From: an uncultured cyanobacterium
GTDB lineage: Bacteria; Cyanobacteriota; Cyanobacteriia; Cyanobacteriales; Nostocaceae
DNA length: 64,000 nucleotides
Direction of reading: 5' to 3'
NCBI GenBank assembly: GCA_963706595.1
Contig: OY970166.1
Span: forward strand, 2,848,001-2,912,000
Every line of letters begins with the position of its first letter. Positions within the stretch are counted from its first letter, which is position 1. This document shows, in pieces, positions 39,793 through 51,308 of the stretch. The translations under genes were made by a program, and so were the position numbers. A model generated the notes under the pieces. It ran no database searches. It was not told the origin of the DNA and was given only the letters and a program-made list of their open reading frames with translations.

Positions 39793-40777
39793 ATGACATT
39801 AGCAGTAAAAACCCCAATAAAAAGCCTCAAAGACTACGCTTACCAAGCGATTCAACAACATCTCAAGAAAACCTTGAAATGGGAAAAACCAGTTAAGAAA
39901 GATGAAGACCCGGAAGCACTACATCAGATGCGAGTCGGGATGCGTCGCCTACGTACTGCAATCAGTCGGTTTGATTTAGTACCTGAATCTACCGCAGGCA
40001 GCTAGTGAGAAAAAAATCGGTAAAATTGCTCGTAATCTTGGACATCTCAGAGATATAGATGTACTCAAAGAAACCTTAGAAACCTGTTACCAAACACATT
40101 TATCTCACAAAGAACAAAAGGTTTTGCAAACAGCTTTTGATGCTTTAGATAAGCAACGCCAAAAGGCATTATTTAAGACGCAGACAACATTAAAAAGTGA
40201 AACTTATAAATCTCTTAAACAAGCATTACTAGATTGGTTAGATCAACCCATTTATCAGCCTTGGGCATATCTCCCAATTCAACAAGTTCTACCAAATTTA
40301 CTGTTACCTGAAGTGAGTCGTTTTTTGCTCCATCCGGGATGGCTAGTAGGAACTAATATTGTCGATTCAGAGGTAAAAGTTTGCACAAATTGGCAACCAG
40401 AAAACATAGAAGAAACATTGATAACTCAAGGCGAAAGCATTCATAATTTACGTAAACAAGCTAAACGCGTGCGTTACCAAATGGAGTTATTTAGTGACTT
40501 ATATGGTGAAACTTACGCAGCTTATGTCAATGAAGTGAAAAGCATCCAAGACATATTAGGAAAAATCCAAGATAGTGTAGTTATGGGTGCATCTCTGGCA
40601 GATATATTCAAGTCAGAAATTGACACTGAACTCCCAACACTTGCTCAGTTATTAAAGGAAAATCGTAATCATTTATGGCAGGAGTGGCAACCTTTGCAAG
40701 AGCGATATTTGCAAGCGGAACACCGACATAATTTTCATTTAACAATACTAAATTCCATGCCAACAGCTATTTCTTAA
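39793..40777 (+). pseudogene. CHAD-domain protein with an apparent +1 frameshift at ~39982
   Basis: DPEALHQMRVGMRRLR in the first ORF; IHNLRKQAKRVRY and IQDILGKIQD in the second; removing one C gives FDLVLNLPQAASEKKIG. May be a sequencing error. Confidence 0.75.
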
Positions 40778-40790
40778 ACAATTATTATTT

Positions 40791-40921
40791 TAAGTAGGTG
40801 GGCGTGAAATAACCAAAATGTGTGAAGAAAAGTAAATAGGGCTGAAACCCTTTTTCCCCCTGCTCCCTGCGCCCTGCTCCCTGCCTTGCACCAACGACTA
40901 TTTTGAACACTAACCTACTTA
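40791..40921. mobile_element. MITE-like element with internal CCCTGCT heptamers
   Basis: Ends TAAGTAGGT / ACCTACTTA. Confidence 0.55.
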
Positions 40922-41596
40922 ACGGCGAGTAGACAAGCTGATGGGAGCTTCAAGTGATAAGACATAAGTACTGCTTTGGGGAATCTGGACAACACGGATA
41001 TTTTCTGCCGAACCTAAGCCAGTCAGGAAACCCACAATGCTTCCCAGCATTGCACCCCGGTCAAACTGTTTGGGATCACCTGGGCTGAAAAAACCCAAAG
41101 TATCTCCACCAATTTGGCTCCAAATCGAACTATTTTCCACAGCTTTGTCATTAGCTCGTTTGTAGGTAATAGTAACACCGGGAATAGTCTGACTCGATGC
41201 TTTAATAGCAACAATGCGACCATTAATGACCAAAGATTGAGCGACAATTTTCGCACCGCCGTCTGTAGGTTTGAGGTTAATACTTACAGGGGCATCTTTA
41301 GGCACTATAATATTACCTTGATTATCTTCAATAGCATCAGTTAAAGGAACCGTTAAAGGATAAGCCTTGTTTTGTCCAACATCAATAGTCACAGATATTG
41401 GAAATCTGACAATAATTGCTGTATCTTGAGGAATAGTAATATCTTCGCTGACTACTTGGGTTTGAGATTGGCCAGCGGGCTGAATAGGAAAAGGTTGAGC
41501 GATGGGCAAAGCCCCGCCTCCGGCGATCGCTGGCAACGTGACTGAACCTAACACAGAGATAGAATAGGCAAGGTTTAACAATATTTGCATTTTCAT
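40919..41596 (-). CDS. Hypothetical exported protein
   Basis: Signal-peptide-like N-terminus (LPAIA); beta-rich core; Gly-rich C-terminal helix. Confidence 0.65.
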   Translation of the reverse strand: MKMQILLNLAYSISVLGSVTLPAIAGGGALPIAQPFPIQPAGQSQTQVVSEDITIPQDTAIIVRFPISVTIDVGQNKAYPLTVPLTDAIEDNQGNIIVPKDAPVSINLKPTDGGAKIVAQSLVINGRIVAIKASSQTIPGVTITYKRANDKAVENSSIWSQIGGDTLGFFSPGDPKQFDRGAMLGSIVGFLTGLGSAENIRVVQIPQSSTYVLSLEAPISLSTRR

Positions 41597-41951
41597 AACC
41601 GTTTCTTCCTTTAACTGGAATAGGTTGTTATGGATTTAAACTGACGAACCTCAAACGCTTATTAAATCAAGGATACAGCAACTTATAGTAAAAAAAGCCA
41701 GGTCTAGGTTGATCAATAAGACATATCAAGTTTGATCAAACGCCTACCTACTACTACAGCAAGGCTGAAATAGGCGTACCATCACAAATTAATGAAAAGC
41801 CTATAGAATAAGCTTTCTGATTTTTGAAGAACGCCTAGCGGTACTATTGGCGTGACACAGCGAAAATAGTGGATGATGATTTTCTTGTGGAACAGGCAAG
41901 ATGCCTGTTCCGGGCAGCTATAGAGCTTACCCCACAACAGTTATAGTCAAG

Positions 41952-42908
41952 CTAACCAATTAATCTTTGCCAAGTCATTCCTCCGACAATTCCATCAGCA
42001 AGTAAACCATTTTGCCTTTGATATGTCCTAATCGCTGCGCCTGTCTGGGGACCATAAATTCCATCAACACCAGCACCTACACGGGATTGTATGTATCTCA
42101 CAACTGGACCACCGGCGTGGTTTGGTCTGACTATTCGTTTAGCTAAAATCAGATTAATTGCATTCCAGGTATTTGTATCTGCAATTCCAGTCGGTGCTAG
42201 TCCAACAATATTTTGAAAATTTACTGTTGCAGAGCTTGTTGCTGGTCCGGTGATATTATCCTCTACCAAGCGCTTACCATTTGCATCGTTGATTTTTAAT
42301 TGATTTAAGGCTCTTTGTAGTCTGATGACTGTAGTATCTGTATTCAACTCTTCATCAGGGACAACATTAACAGGAGTGCTAGATACTTGACCCGTCAAGC
42401 CTTTAACGATGGCATTAGCAGTTGCTTCCGATTCAAAGATATTCATATCTCGTGGTGAATCAATGAAGCAGCATTCTACAAGTATCGCTGGCATCCTAGT
42501 ATTTCTCAAGACATATAAGTGAGAACCACTTTTAACGCCACGATTGAAAAATCCTAATTTGACAATTTCATTTAACACTGGTTGAGCAATTCTTCTGCTA
42601 GCATTACTACCTGCGAATACTTCCGTACCATTAGCCCGACCATTAAAAGCGTTAAAATGTATTGAGACAAAAACCTCAACTTTATTATTATTCGCGGTAT
42701 TGATTCTTTGAAATAGTGAATTCGTGACGGAAGTAGACCTATCTGGTTTACACGCTATGACTTCATGTCCTAAAGCCCGTAACTTCGAGATAACTCTGTT
42801 CCCTACATCTGTGTTTAAAACATCCTCCGATTTGATCCCTACAGCACCTGTGTCTGGAGGAGTATTATGCCCGATATCAATGCCAAATTTCATATCTTGA
42901 ACCCTCAC
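41952..42908 (-). CDS. N-acetylmuramoyl-L-alanine amidase (Amidase_3) with two C-terminal peptidoglycan-binding domains
   Basis: IDIGH, FVSIHFNA, ILVECCFID; C-terminal DGIYGPQT..DGIVG..TW. Confidence 0.9.
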   Translation of the reverse strand: MRVQDMKFGIDIGHNTPPDTGAVGIKSEDVLNTDVGNRVISKLRALGHEVIACKPDRSTSVTNSLFQRINTANNNKVEVFVSIHFNAFNGRANGTEVFAGSNASRRIAQPVLNEIVKLGFFNRGVKSGSHLYVLRNTRMPAILVECCFIDSPRDMNIFESEATANAIVKGLTGQVSSTPVNVVPDEELNTDTTVIRLQRALNQLKINDANGKRLVEDNITGPATSSATVNFQNIVGLAPTGIADTNTWNAINLILAKRIVRPNHAGGPVVRYIQSRVGAGVDGIYGPQTGAAIRTYQRQNGLLADGIVGGMTWQRLIG

Positions 42909-43475
42909 TAATTCTGCTGATAAATTCCGGTTTTCTATGGCTGTGCCACGCCAGCTATCAAGTTCTAAATAGTAAGTTAAATTTCTTACTATTCACGCAA
43001 ACCTGATCAAGATATCGTCTGTGGGCAAATATCATTTATCGAGTTGATATGACCGATGACAACATATTACCCTTCGGGTTTTTGGTTGCTCATGGCGAGG
43101 AACTGCGTTAGGCATCTTTGCCAACTTGATGCAAGTGGCGTAGAAAGCGCCTAGACCGCATGGACTCACCAATGAATACTTAACCAAATGTAGTGTATCG
43201 GATAAACCACTCAAATAATGATGGCAAATAAAAGAACGAAGTCAGGTTTTAAATTGTAATACAATATACTGCATTGTATTTTGTATTGGGCAGTGACTTG
43301 TCGATGCTGTTTGATCGTTGTTTGCTATTAGACTAATGTAGCAGACCGTATTCTCTCGTAGCCTTTTTCTAAAATCCAATATTTAGCTAAATATTTATAA
43401 ATGTTCAAATTATCCCCGCCTACTGAATTTCCTGGTTTGCACTAAGAGTTGGCGTACATTTGAGTTAGCATAACC

Positions 43476-44135
43476 TTGCGTGTTTGGAGAAAGGCGATGA
43501 GCAAAAAAAAGTTGAGTAAAGCTGGGAACCGACAAGGCAGTTTACCTGTCGAAACATTTAGAACTAAAACAGTTCGGCTCATAAGCCCAGTTTTGGCTAT
43601 GACTGGATGGTTGGCGATGATGGCTCCAAGTATGGCTGTGACTACCTCTTACGCCAACGATTACCGTGTCTGTACAGCTCGACTCTTGAAATTAAGTATA
43701 ACTGAACAAGCAGTATCACAAAGTTGTGCAAAAGCACTGCGCCCTAGAGACTTGTCTTCTTGCGTAGTGAGAATTAATCAGCAAACGCAAATTAGTGCCG
43801 TAGATGCTCTTTCTTTTTGTGGACAAGCCCGGCGACCTAAAAACTTTTCAACTTGTGTCGTTGGTATTGCCAAAAATATGAAAGAAGCTGTTGACACAAC
43901 AGTTTTAAACTACTGTGGTCGTAGTTTGTTGCCTGAGCGTTTTGCTCAGTGTGTAGTAGGTTTACGTAGTGAGATTGATATTGCACCTACTCAGGCTATG
44001 GATACTTGTATCGATGCTAGTGACCGCGTTAGTGGCTTTTCTCCGGCATCTGTGCCAGAAAATAGAGTCAACACCACCGAATTTAGTCCCTCTTTTGAGG
44101 TGACTCCAATTCCAGGTCCTTCGGGAGATCAATAA
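43476..44135 (+). CDS. Exported Cys-rich repeat protein (probable start ~43498)
   Basis: Signal-like segment ending APSMA; three C-x11-CVV units. Confidence 0.65.
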   Translation: MRVWRKAMSKKKLSKAGNRQGSLPVETFRTKTVRLISPVLAMTGWLAMMAPSMAVTTSYANDYRVCTARLLKLSITEQAVSQSCAKALRPRDLSSCVVRINQQTQISAVDALSFCGQARRPKNFSTCVVGIAKNMKEAVDTTVLNYCGRSLLPERFAQCVVGLRSEIDIAPTQAMDTCIDASDRVSGFSPASVPENRVNTTEFSPSFEVTPIPGPSGDQ

Positions 44136-44168
44136 AAGATTACGTCTTTAAATTGACGCACTTCTTCT

Positions 44169-44197
44169 AGGCTGGGCTTAACAGCCCGCCTATTTTC
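44169..44197 (+). terminator. Probable intrinsic terminator
   Basis: AGGC-T-GGGCT-TAAC-AGCCC-GCCT followed by ATTTTC, after the 43476 ORF. Confidence 0.5.
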
Positions 44198-44607
44198 TTG
44201 TGTTTCAAACACAAGCTAATAGGAGTCACCAGTTATAGATTTAGCGGCTTAAACACTTAAACTTTCCGAACCTTGCAAACCAAAAAATCAAGTTAGCTAA
44301 TGGCAAAATACAAATGCCAATATTCAAGGTTAGGCATAGAAACCAAACCTCTGACTTTTTCAGCCGGAGACTGAAAGTATTTCTTTTCTGATCTGTTGGT
44401 GTTAAATTCACCCAGCCCTGGATTTTTTGTAAGTATATGCCTAGCAGGTGTCGATTGCTTAGAGCAATTAAGCACTTTCCTTTACAGACGCGACCAATCG
44501 CGTCTAGGCACGTTGCTCACGCCCCACTCTAATCTAAGCGCAGCTATGCCCACCGGGTTTTACAGCGCTTTGCTATACAAGGTGTTAATGGTATAACACC
44601 TAAACTA

Positions 44608-45531
<924 letters not shown>

Positions 45532-46619
45532 TTACAGATTTATTATTCACACAGAAACAAGTAGTATACACCCAATTGCAGCCAATGTCTTTAATTCCAA
45601 CCTTAGAGATTGTTTGAACTCCGAGGTGGTCGGGAGTCAAACGTGATATTTACTCTTGAGCGGGAAGTTCTGAGGGCAACAACTGTCTGGCGGCTTTCAC
45701 AAGAAGTGGATCTTTCCAGTTTAAGAATTACTTTTTATTAGGCTTTGAAGGACTGTTGGTTGTTTACAGATTTCCGGCTATGGTTGAGAGTTATTTAGGA
45801 GTAGATAACCTACTGGACTAAGAAACATTGGCAGGTTTCGCCAGAAGTTGTAAACCAATATATTGCTTACAACTTCCGGCAATTTTTTGGCAGTATAGGC
45901 AGTTGACTGGAGGGACAATCATCTACCTTAAATTAGGCAGATCATTCCAAGCTCAAGATACCTTTTATTTTCTTCAAACATGATATTCTATTTTTGGTCG
46001 TTTTTTTATTAATTTTGGATAAAGTAATCTATTGGCTGCAATTCCATGATTACCATGTATATCCTGAATATGCAAGAAAATATTAAGGTTCTCTGATATT
46101 TCACCAAAGACTATGAGTTCAACTTTAATTAGTTTTCTGGTGTTGAGAGGATGGCAAAGAAACTTCTGATGCATATCAAACTAATTTACACTCAGATTGT
46201 ATCGTTTATGCGTGTGCTGTCAATTGGTATGACCACTGAATAATTCAGATTTAATCAGACATAGCTATTTTTTTCGCTGAATTTATTGGCATGGTCGAGT
46301 CGGTGCGATCGCATTGAAAATTCTTAATTAAAAATTCGCATATTATAGCAACCGCCAAGGTAGTTAGGACATAGCAAAAATCTAAACCCCAGCCACATCA
46401 AGCATTTCAATTTTGACTTTTGACTTTTGCTATATTACCCCATAGCTAAAGCTAGTACAGTTCGGCGTACATAGGACAACCATTTGAAATCAATGAAAAA
46501 TCTATTTTATAAGACTTTTGTCCGGGCGGATTGCAATCCGCCTCTCCTGACGAACGCGCTGGGGGGTGCTGAATAGTATAAACCCAGTTACTTCACGACT
46601 CTGAGCAATCAATACTGCC

Positions 46620-49193
46620 CTAACCTAGATGACTACGGCTAGAGTTTTCAGAACTAGAAGGTTTAACCTGAGTTCGCATTTTTTCAAAGCTGTAAGCTGC
46701 TACTCCAAAACTTACGAATACTACTCCCATGATTTGCACGACTTCCAAGGCTTCCTGAAGTATTAACCCAGCAAAAACTACGGTTAAAATCGGGACACCG
46801 GCTCCGATAATCGCTGACCGTAATGCACCCAATTTGCGAATACCAACGTTGTTGAGTACATAGCCTACGAGAGTGAGAACACCCAAAATAAAAGCGGTTA
46901 AAATCAGTTCTAGTAAGTTAGACTGCTCAACAGCAAGACTCACATTGCTCGGCAAAGGCAACATCAAACAGATGAAGCTCAACACAAACATGGTGGTAAA
47001 GTTAATGAGAGTAAAAGATACTGGATGCAGTTTGGTAGCACATATCCGCGTCAAAATCACGTAACAGGCAAAAGCTACGCCAGCTAAAATTGCTGTGCTG
47101 CTTCCCAGTGAGAAATTAGGGACACCAAGGCTGGTAGAACCGCCTAAAACCAACAATTCGCCGCAGAAGATAGCGCCCATAGCAGCAGAGTGGAATCCAC
47201 TGGGGCGATCGCGGAACAGTAGCCATGAAAGCAGTCCGCTAATTATAGGGTAGATAAAGAACAAGGCGATCGCCGTTCCAGTTGCTACCTGACCAATAGC
47301 AAGGTAGATCAGCACCTGAGATAAAAACAAAAAGCACCCACTGGCGATAGATAGCTGTAAAGTTTTTTGTTTCTTGACACTACTATTTGCAGGGGAATTG
47401 CCACGTAGTGATGCCACAATATTTTGCATATCTTGCCATACTTGTGGATGCATCATGGGAGCCAAAAGTAACATTAGTGGCACAACGACAAGCAAGCGGA
47501 GCATTAAAATTAAGAGTATATTTCCCAGTGTTGGCGAAATAATTCCCTGGATCTCTAAAACCCCAAGATTGTCATAAGGTTTAAAAAACATCCCCTTAAT
47601 GGCTATGTTGTACAGCGATGATACGACCGTTGACAACACAACCAGCAAGAAACCTATCTGAATTGGCGAAAAAGTTTGGGAGCTAGGTGATTGTGATGAT
47701 GTAGATTTTGCTTCTTGCTTGGTTGCCGAGTTAGAAGTGAAGGGTTTCGTCTGACGTTCAAAGGATTCCCGACTGAGTACTGAATTGGGTTCACTAGCCT
47801 TTCTTGGCTCTGGTGAGGATTTGGTATCACGTTCTGACAAGTCCCGACTAAGTACTGAACTGGGTTCGCTTACCTTTCTTGGCTCTGATGAGAATTTGGT
47901 ATCGCGCTCAAAGGCTTCCCGACTGGGAACTGAACTGGGTTCGCTTACCTTTGCGGACTCCGATGGAGATTTAGTTTCGCGTTCCGATAAATCCCGACTG
48001 AGTACCGAACTGGGTTCGCTCACCTTTGGGGACTCCGATGGAGATTTAGTTTCGCGTTCCGATAAATCCCGACTGAGTACTGAACTGGGTTCGCTTACCT
48101 TTGGGGACTCCGATGGAGATTTAGTTTCGCGTTCCAATAAATCCCGACTGAGTACTGAACTGGGTTCGCTCACCTTTGGGGACTCCGATGGAGATTTAGT
48201 TTCGCGTTCCGATAAATCCCGACTGAGTACCGAACTGGGTTCGCTCACCTTTGGGGACTCCGATGGAGATTTAGTTTCGCGTTCCGATAAATCCCGACTG
48301 AGTACCGAACTGGGTTCGCTCACCTTTGCGGACTCCGATGGAGATTTAGTTTCGCGTTCCGATAAATCCCGACTGAGTACCGAACTGGGTTCAGTAGCTA
48401 GTGTCAGTATTTTGTTTGATGATGACGGTGGTGCAAAAGGAGCAGTATTGTTACTTTGTGTGAAGTCTCCAGTGTTTGTGGAACTTGGCTTGGTGGCGCT
48501 GGTCTGGATGACTCCTGTTTGTAAATGTGTATGAGAGGAACGGGGCGGCTGTTGCTCCGTAGATGGCAAAGTAGTAGGCGGTGATGCTTTTACTGTTGCT
48601 GGTGAAATTTCTTTTGTTGTTTTTCCTAGTTCACCACGCAGATGATTAATAAAGTCCGCGACAATTTCTTCCCCCTGCTGTTGTTGGCTCTGCATCCGAG
48701 ACAACTGTTGAGAAAGATTATTTTGATAGTTCTTCAGTTCCTGTTGTAAGGAGTTAAAGGTAATGGTCAGGGTATCATCCAAAGTGCCAAGCATTTGTTG
48801 AGCATTCTCATTGTGATCCCCGGCTGACTTCATAGCAGTTCGTTCCGGGGAATTACCTTCTACTGATTTGCTGGCCAGGGTTGCCAGAGATGATTGCAGC
48901 TGCGAAGATATATGCTTTGCCAAGGCTTCTGATAACTGACGAATTAACACTTGCTGTTCAGTTATTTGTCGTACCTGTTGTAAGTGTTCCTTTTCCTCTA
49001 GTAGCTGTTGAATTTCGTCAGATAAACGAGTTTTATCCGCCTGAAGCCGTTTTATTTCTTCCTGTAACGATCTGAGCACATTTTGCTGGAGTCTTTCTAA
49101 ATCCTCCACCACAGCCCATAAAGCTGTCTCTGCTGCTCTGGATAGCTCGCCTCTGACTCGCGGGTTGTCTGGTCGCTTCTCAAATCGCCCCAT
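46620..49193 (-). CDS. sepJ: Septal junction protein SepJ (FraG)
   Basis: MGRFEKRPDN N-terminus, coiled coil, Ser/Pro-rich linker, C-terminal DMT permease; upstream of hetR. Confidence 0.95.
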   Translation of the reverse strand: MGRFEKRPDNPRVRGELSRAAETALWAVVEDLERLQQNVLRSLQEEIKRLQADKTRLSDEIQQLLEEKEHLQQVRQITEQQVLIRQLSEALAKHISSQLQSSLATLASKSVEGNSPERTAMKSAGDHNENAQQMLGTLDDTLTITFNSLQQELKNYQNNLSQQLSRMQSQQQQGEEIVADFINHLRGELGKTTKEISPATVKASPPTTLPSTEQQPPRSSHTHLQTGVIQTSATKPSSTNTGDFTQSNNTAPFAPPSSSNKILTLATEPSSVLSRDLSERETKSPSESAKVSEPSSVLSRDLSERETKSPSESPKVSEPSSVLSRDLSERETKSPSESPKVSEPSSVLSRDLLERETKSPSESPKVSEPSSVLSRDLSERETKSPSESPKVSEPSSVLSRDLSERETKSPSESAKVSEPSSVPSREAFERDTKFSSEPRKVSEPSSVLSRDLSERDTKSSPEPRKASEPNSVLSRESFERQTKPFTSNSATKQEAKSTSSQSPSSQTFSPIQIGFLLVVLSTVVSSLYNIAIKGMFFKPYDNLGVLEIQGIISPTLGNILLILMLRLLVVVPLMLLLAPMMHPQVWQDMQNIVASLRGNSPANSSVKKQKTLQLSIASGCFLFLSQVLIYLAIGQVATGTAIALFFIYPIISGLLSWLLFRDRPSGFHSAAMGAIFCGELLVLGGSTSLGVPNFSLGSSTAILAGVAFACYVILTRICATKLHPVSFTLINFTTMFVLSFICLMLPLPSNVSLAVEQSNLLELILTAFILGVLTLVGYVLNNVGIRKLGALRSAIIGAGVPILTVVFAGLILQEALEVVQIMGVVFVSFGVAAYSFEKMRTQVKPSSSENSSRSHLG
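47745..48395 (-). repeat. About 8.7 x 75-bp (25-aa) tandem repeat in the SepJ linker
   Basis: Unit SEPSSVLSRDLSERETKSPSESPKV; six near-identical copies followed by diverged copies. Confidence 0.95.
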
Positions 49194-49876
49194 TAGCTTC
49201 TAACCTCTAACACCTTGAAGATAAAGCTGCTTTCTGTAAACTTGCTTGGTACTCATAGTTATTTCCTGTCTTTTGTCAGGTAAATTCCAAACATTGGCAG
49301 GAATTGCTTACATAAATGTAATTTTGTCATGCTGAGTACAAATTTGGCAAAGTATCCAATTTATTTGCGTAACAGCCCTGCTATACTGTGTTCTTTTCAG
49401 CATGACAGAGATACCTGCCATTAGACTTATTTAAATTCACGGTTCTCTAGTGAGAGTTTATTAGAAAAAACAATACTCCCAATATAAATACTTGTTTTTA
49501 GTAGCAACAGTAATTATCAGAGGTTGATCAATACGTTGATTGCCACAACAGGATTGTCAAAGTTATGGACTTAGATATCAATTTTTGCAGAATGTAGCTT
49601 GTATGACAGTTTACATTCTTAAGAGATATTAAGCTAATCTTCCGCAGAAATTTAAAGTATTAGTATCCCCTTGACAATATTTTAGTCAATTAACTGCTAT
49701 TCTGCAAAAACACACTTTGATTTTGGTTTTGTAGCAGTCTGCTTTTCAAAAAAAAGCGATCGCAATATCAATTCAGAGAAATACCTAAATGCGGGAAACT
49801 CAGTCATTCTAATGCTGAGAGGGAAGCAACGCCAGCGGTTGTAACCGCAGTGATGAGGATACATAAAGAATAAATA

Positions 49877-51187
49877 TTAGAGGAATAAAATCCTGGCAGT
49901 GCTAAAGATGGCGGCGCTGAGAATTGCACTCACGGGAAGGGTAATTAGCCATGTGACGGCGATACTTTGTAGAGTTTGAAATTTAATTGATTTGATATTT
50001 TGCACCAGTCCAATACCGACGACACCACCCACAAGAGCATGAGAGGTGGAGACAGGTAAACCAAACCGCGAGGCTAATAAGATGGTGGTAGCGGTCGCAA
50101 GTTCGGCACAGAATCCACTACTAGGTTGCAAAGTAATGATGTTTTCGCCAATTGTGGCAATCACTTTTTCACCCCACAGTGCTAAACCAACGACAATACC
50201 AGCACCACCAAGGATTAAAATCCAGATGGGGATAGTGATGCCATTAATGGGGACGCTACCAGTACGATTAATATAGACAATGGCGGCTAAAGGAGCGATC
50301 GCATTGCCCACATCGTTAGAACCATGAGCAAAGGCGACAAAGCAAGCACTGATAACTTGAAATCGACCAAACAGGTGTTCAATGGGAGTGGGAAGTGGGG
50401 AGTAGGGAGTGGGGAGTGGGGAGTAGGGAGTGGTTTGTATTTGCTCTTTGTCTGCGGTATTCTCCACTTGTTCTAACTGTCGCCAACTAACTACTGTGAG
50501 TGCAATGGCTGCAACTGCACCTGTAAATAAGGGAATGTCGTAACTGGGTAAGTTTAAACCAATTCGCTGATTTAAGTAATTGGTGAGGGGTTGGGTTAAG
50601 GAAGGTAGAACGATGACACCAAATACTCCTAGCAGAATTACACTCAGCCAAGGAATCCACTGTTGTAGCTGTGCTACTGAATTTGGTTGATCTAAAATCC
50701 AGTGTTTAATTTGACTGTAGAATAAAGCCGCGATCGCACTACTGATGATCGGCGTACAAATCCAGCCAATGGTGACTAAGCCAATGGATGACCAATTAAT
50801 TGCATCTACTCCCACCGCTACCCAACTAAATCCAGCGATCGCCCCGACAACTGCATGAGATGAGGCTACAGGTAAACCACGGGAGGTAGCAATTTGTAGC
50901 CATAACCCACAGGTAATTAACACTGCTACCATACCAGTGACGTAAATTTCTGGTGTAGCAGCGAATAAAGTAGGATTGGCAATTTTTGTGGCTAAGGTTT
51001 GGGATACTTCCTGCCCAAATAATACCGCGCCCGTAAACTCTAAAATCCCAGCAATAATTATCGCTTGTTTCAGGGTAATAGCTTTGGAACCTACAGAGGT
51101 TCCCATTGAGTTGGCGACATCGTTAGCACCGAGATTACAGGCGAAATAAAAGGCTAGTAGGGCGATTAAAATTAATGTAATGGACAT
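49877..51187 (-). CDS. Inorganic phosphate transporter, PiT family
   Basis: GANDVANSMG and HGSNDVGNA signatures; PVSTSH; start set at MSITLIL. Confidence 0.92.
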   Translation of the reverse strand: MSITLILIALLAFYFACNLGANDVANSMGTSVGSKAITLKQAIIIAGILEFTGAVLFGQEVSQTLATKIANPTLFAATPEIYVTGMVAVLITCGLWLQIATSRGLPVASSHAVVGAIAGFSWVAVGVDAINWSSIGLVTIGWICTPIISSAIAALFYSQIKHWILDQPNSVAQLQQWIPWLSVILLGVFGVIVLPSLTQPLTNYLNQRIGLNLPSYDIPLFTGAVAAIALTVVSWRQLEQVENTADKEQIQTTPYSPLPTPYSPLPTPIEHLFGRFQVISACFVAFAHGSNDVGNAIAPLAAIVYINRTGSVPINGITIPIWILILGGAGIVVGLALWGEKVIATIGENIITLQPSSGFCAELATATTILLASRFGLPVSTSHALVGGVVGIGLVQNIKSIKFQTLQSIAVTWLITLPVSAILSAAIFSTARILFL

Positions 51188-51308
51188 TGAGCGTTGGGGT
51201 AGATGGAAAGAAAATAGCGCGATTCTCAGATAAATCAAAAGCAAGGGCTTATCGCAAAATATCGAGAAGCGCTATAAATATTTTCTACTGTTATTTTGTT
51301 TGCCCGGA

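Noticed and set aside
43030..43220. Riboswitch (e.g. c-di-AMP) upstream of the amidase, or the 60-aa ORF there
   Set aside because: I could not find the conserved riboswitch motifs; the sequence looks like degenerate dispersed-repeat DNA.
47785..48534. 249-aa repetitive ORF on the + strand
   Set aside because: Antisense shadow of the SepJ linker repeat.
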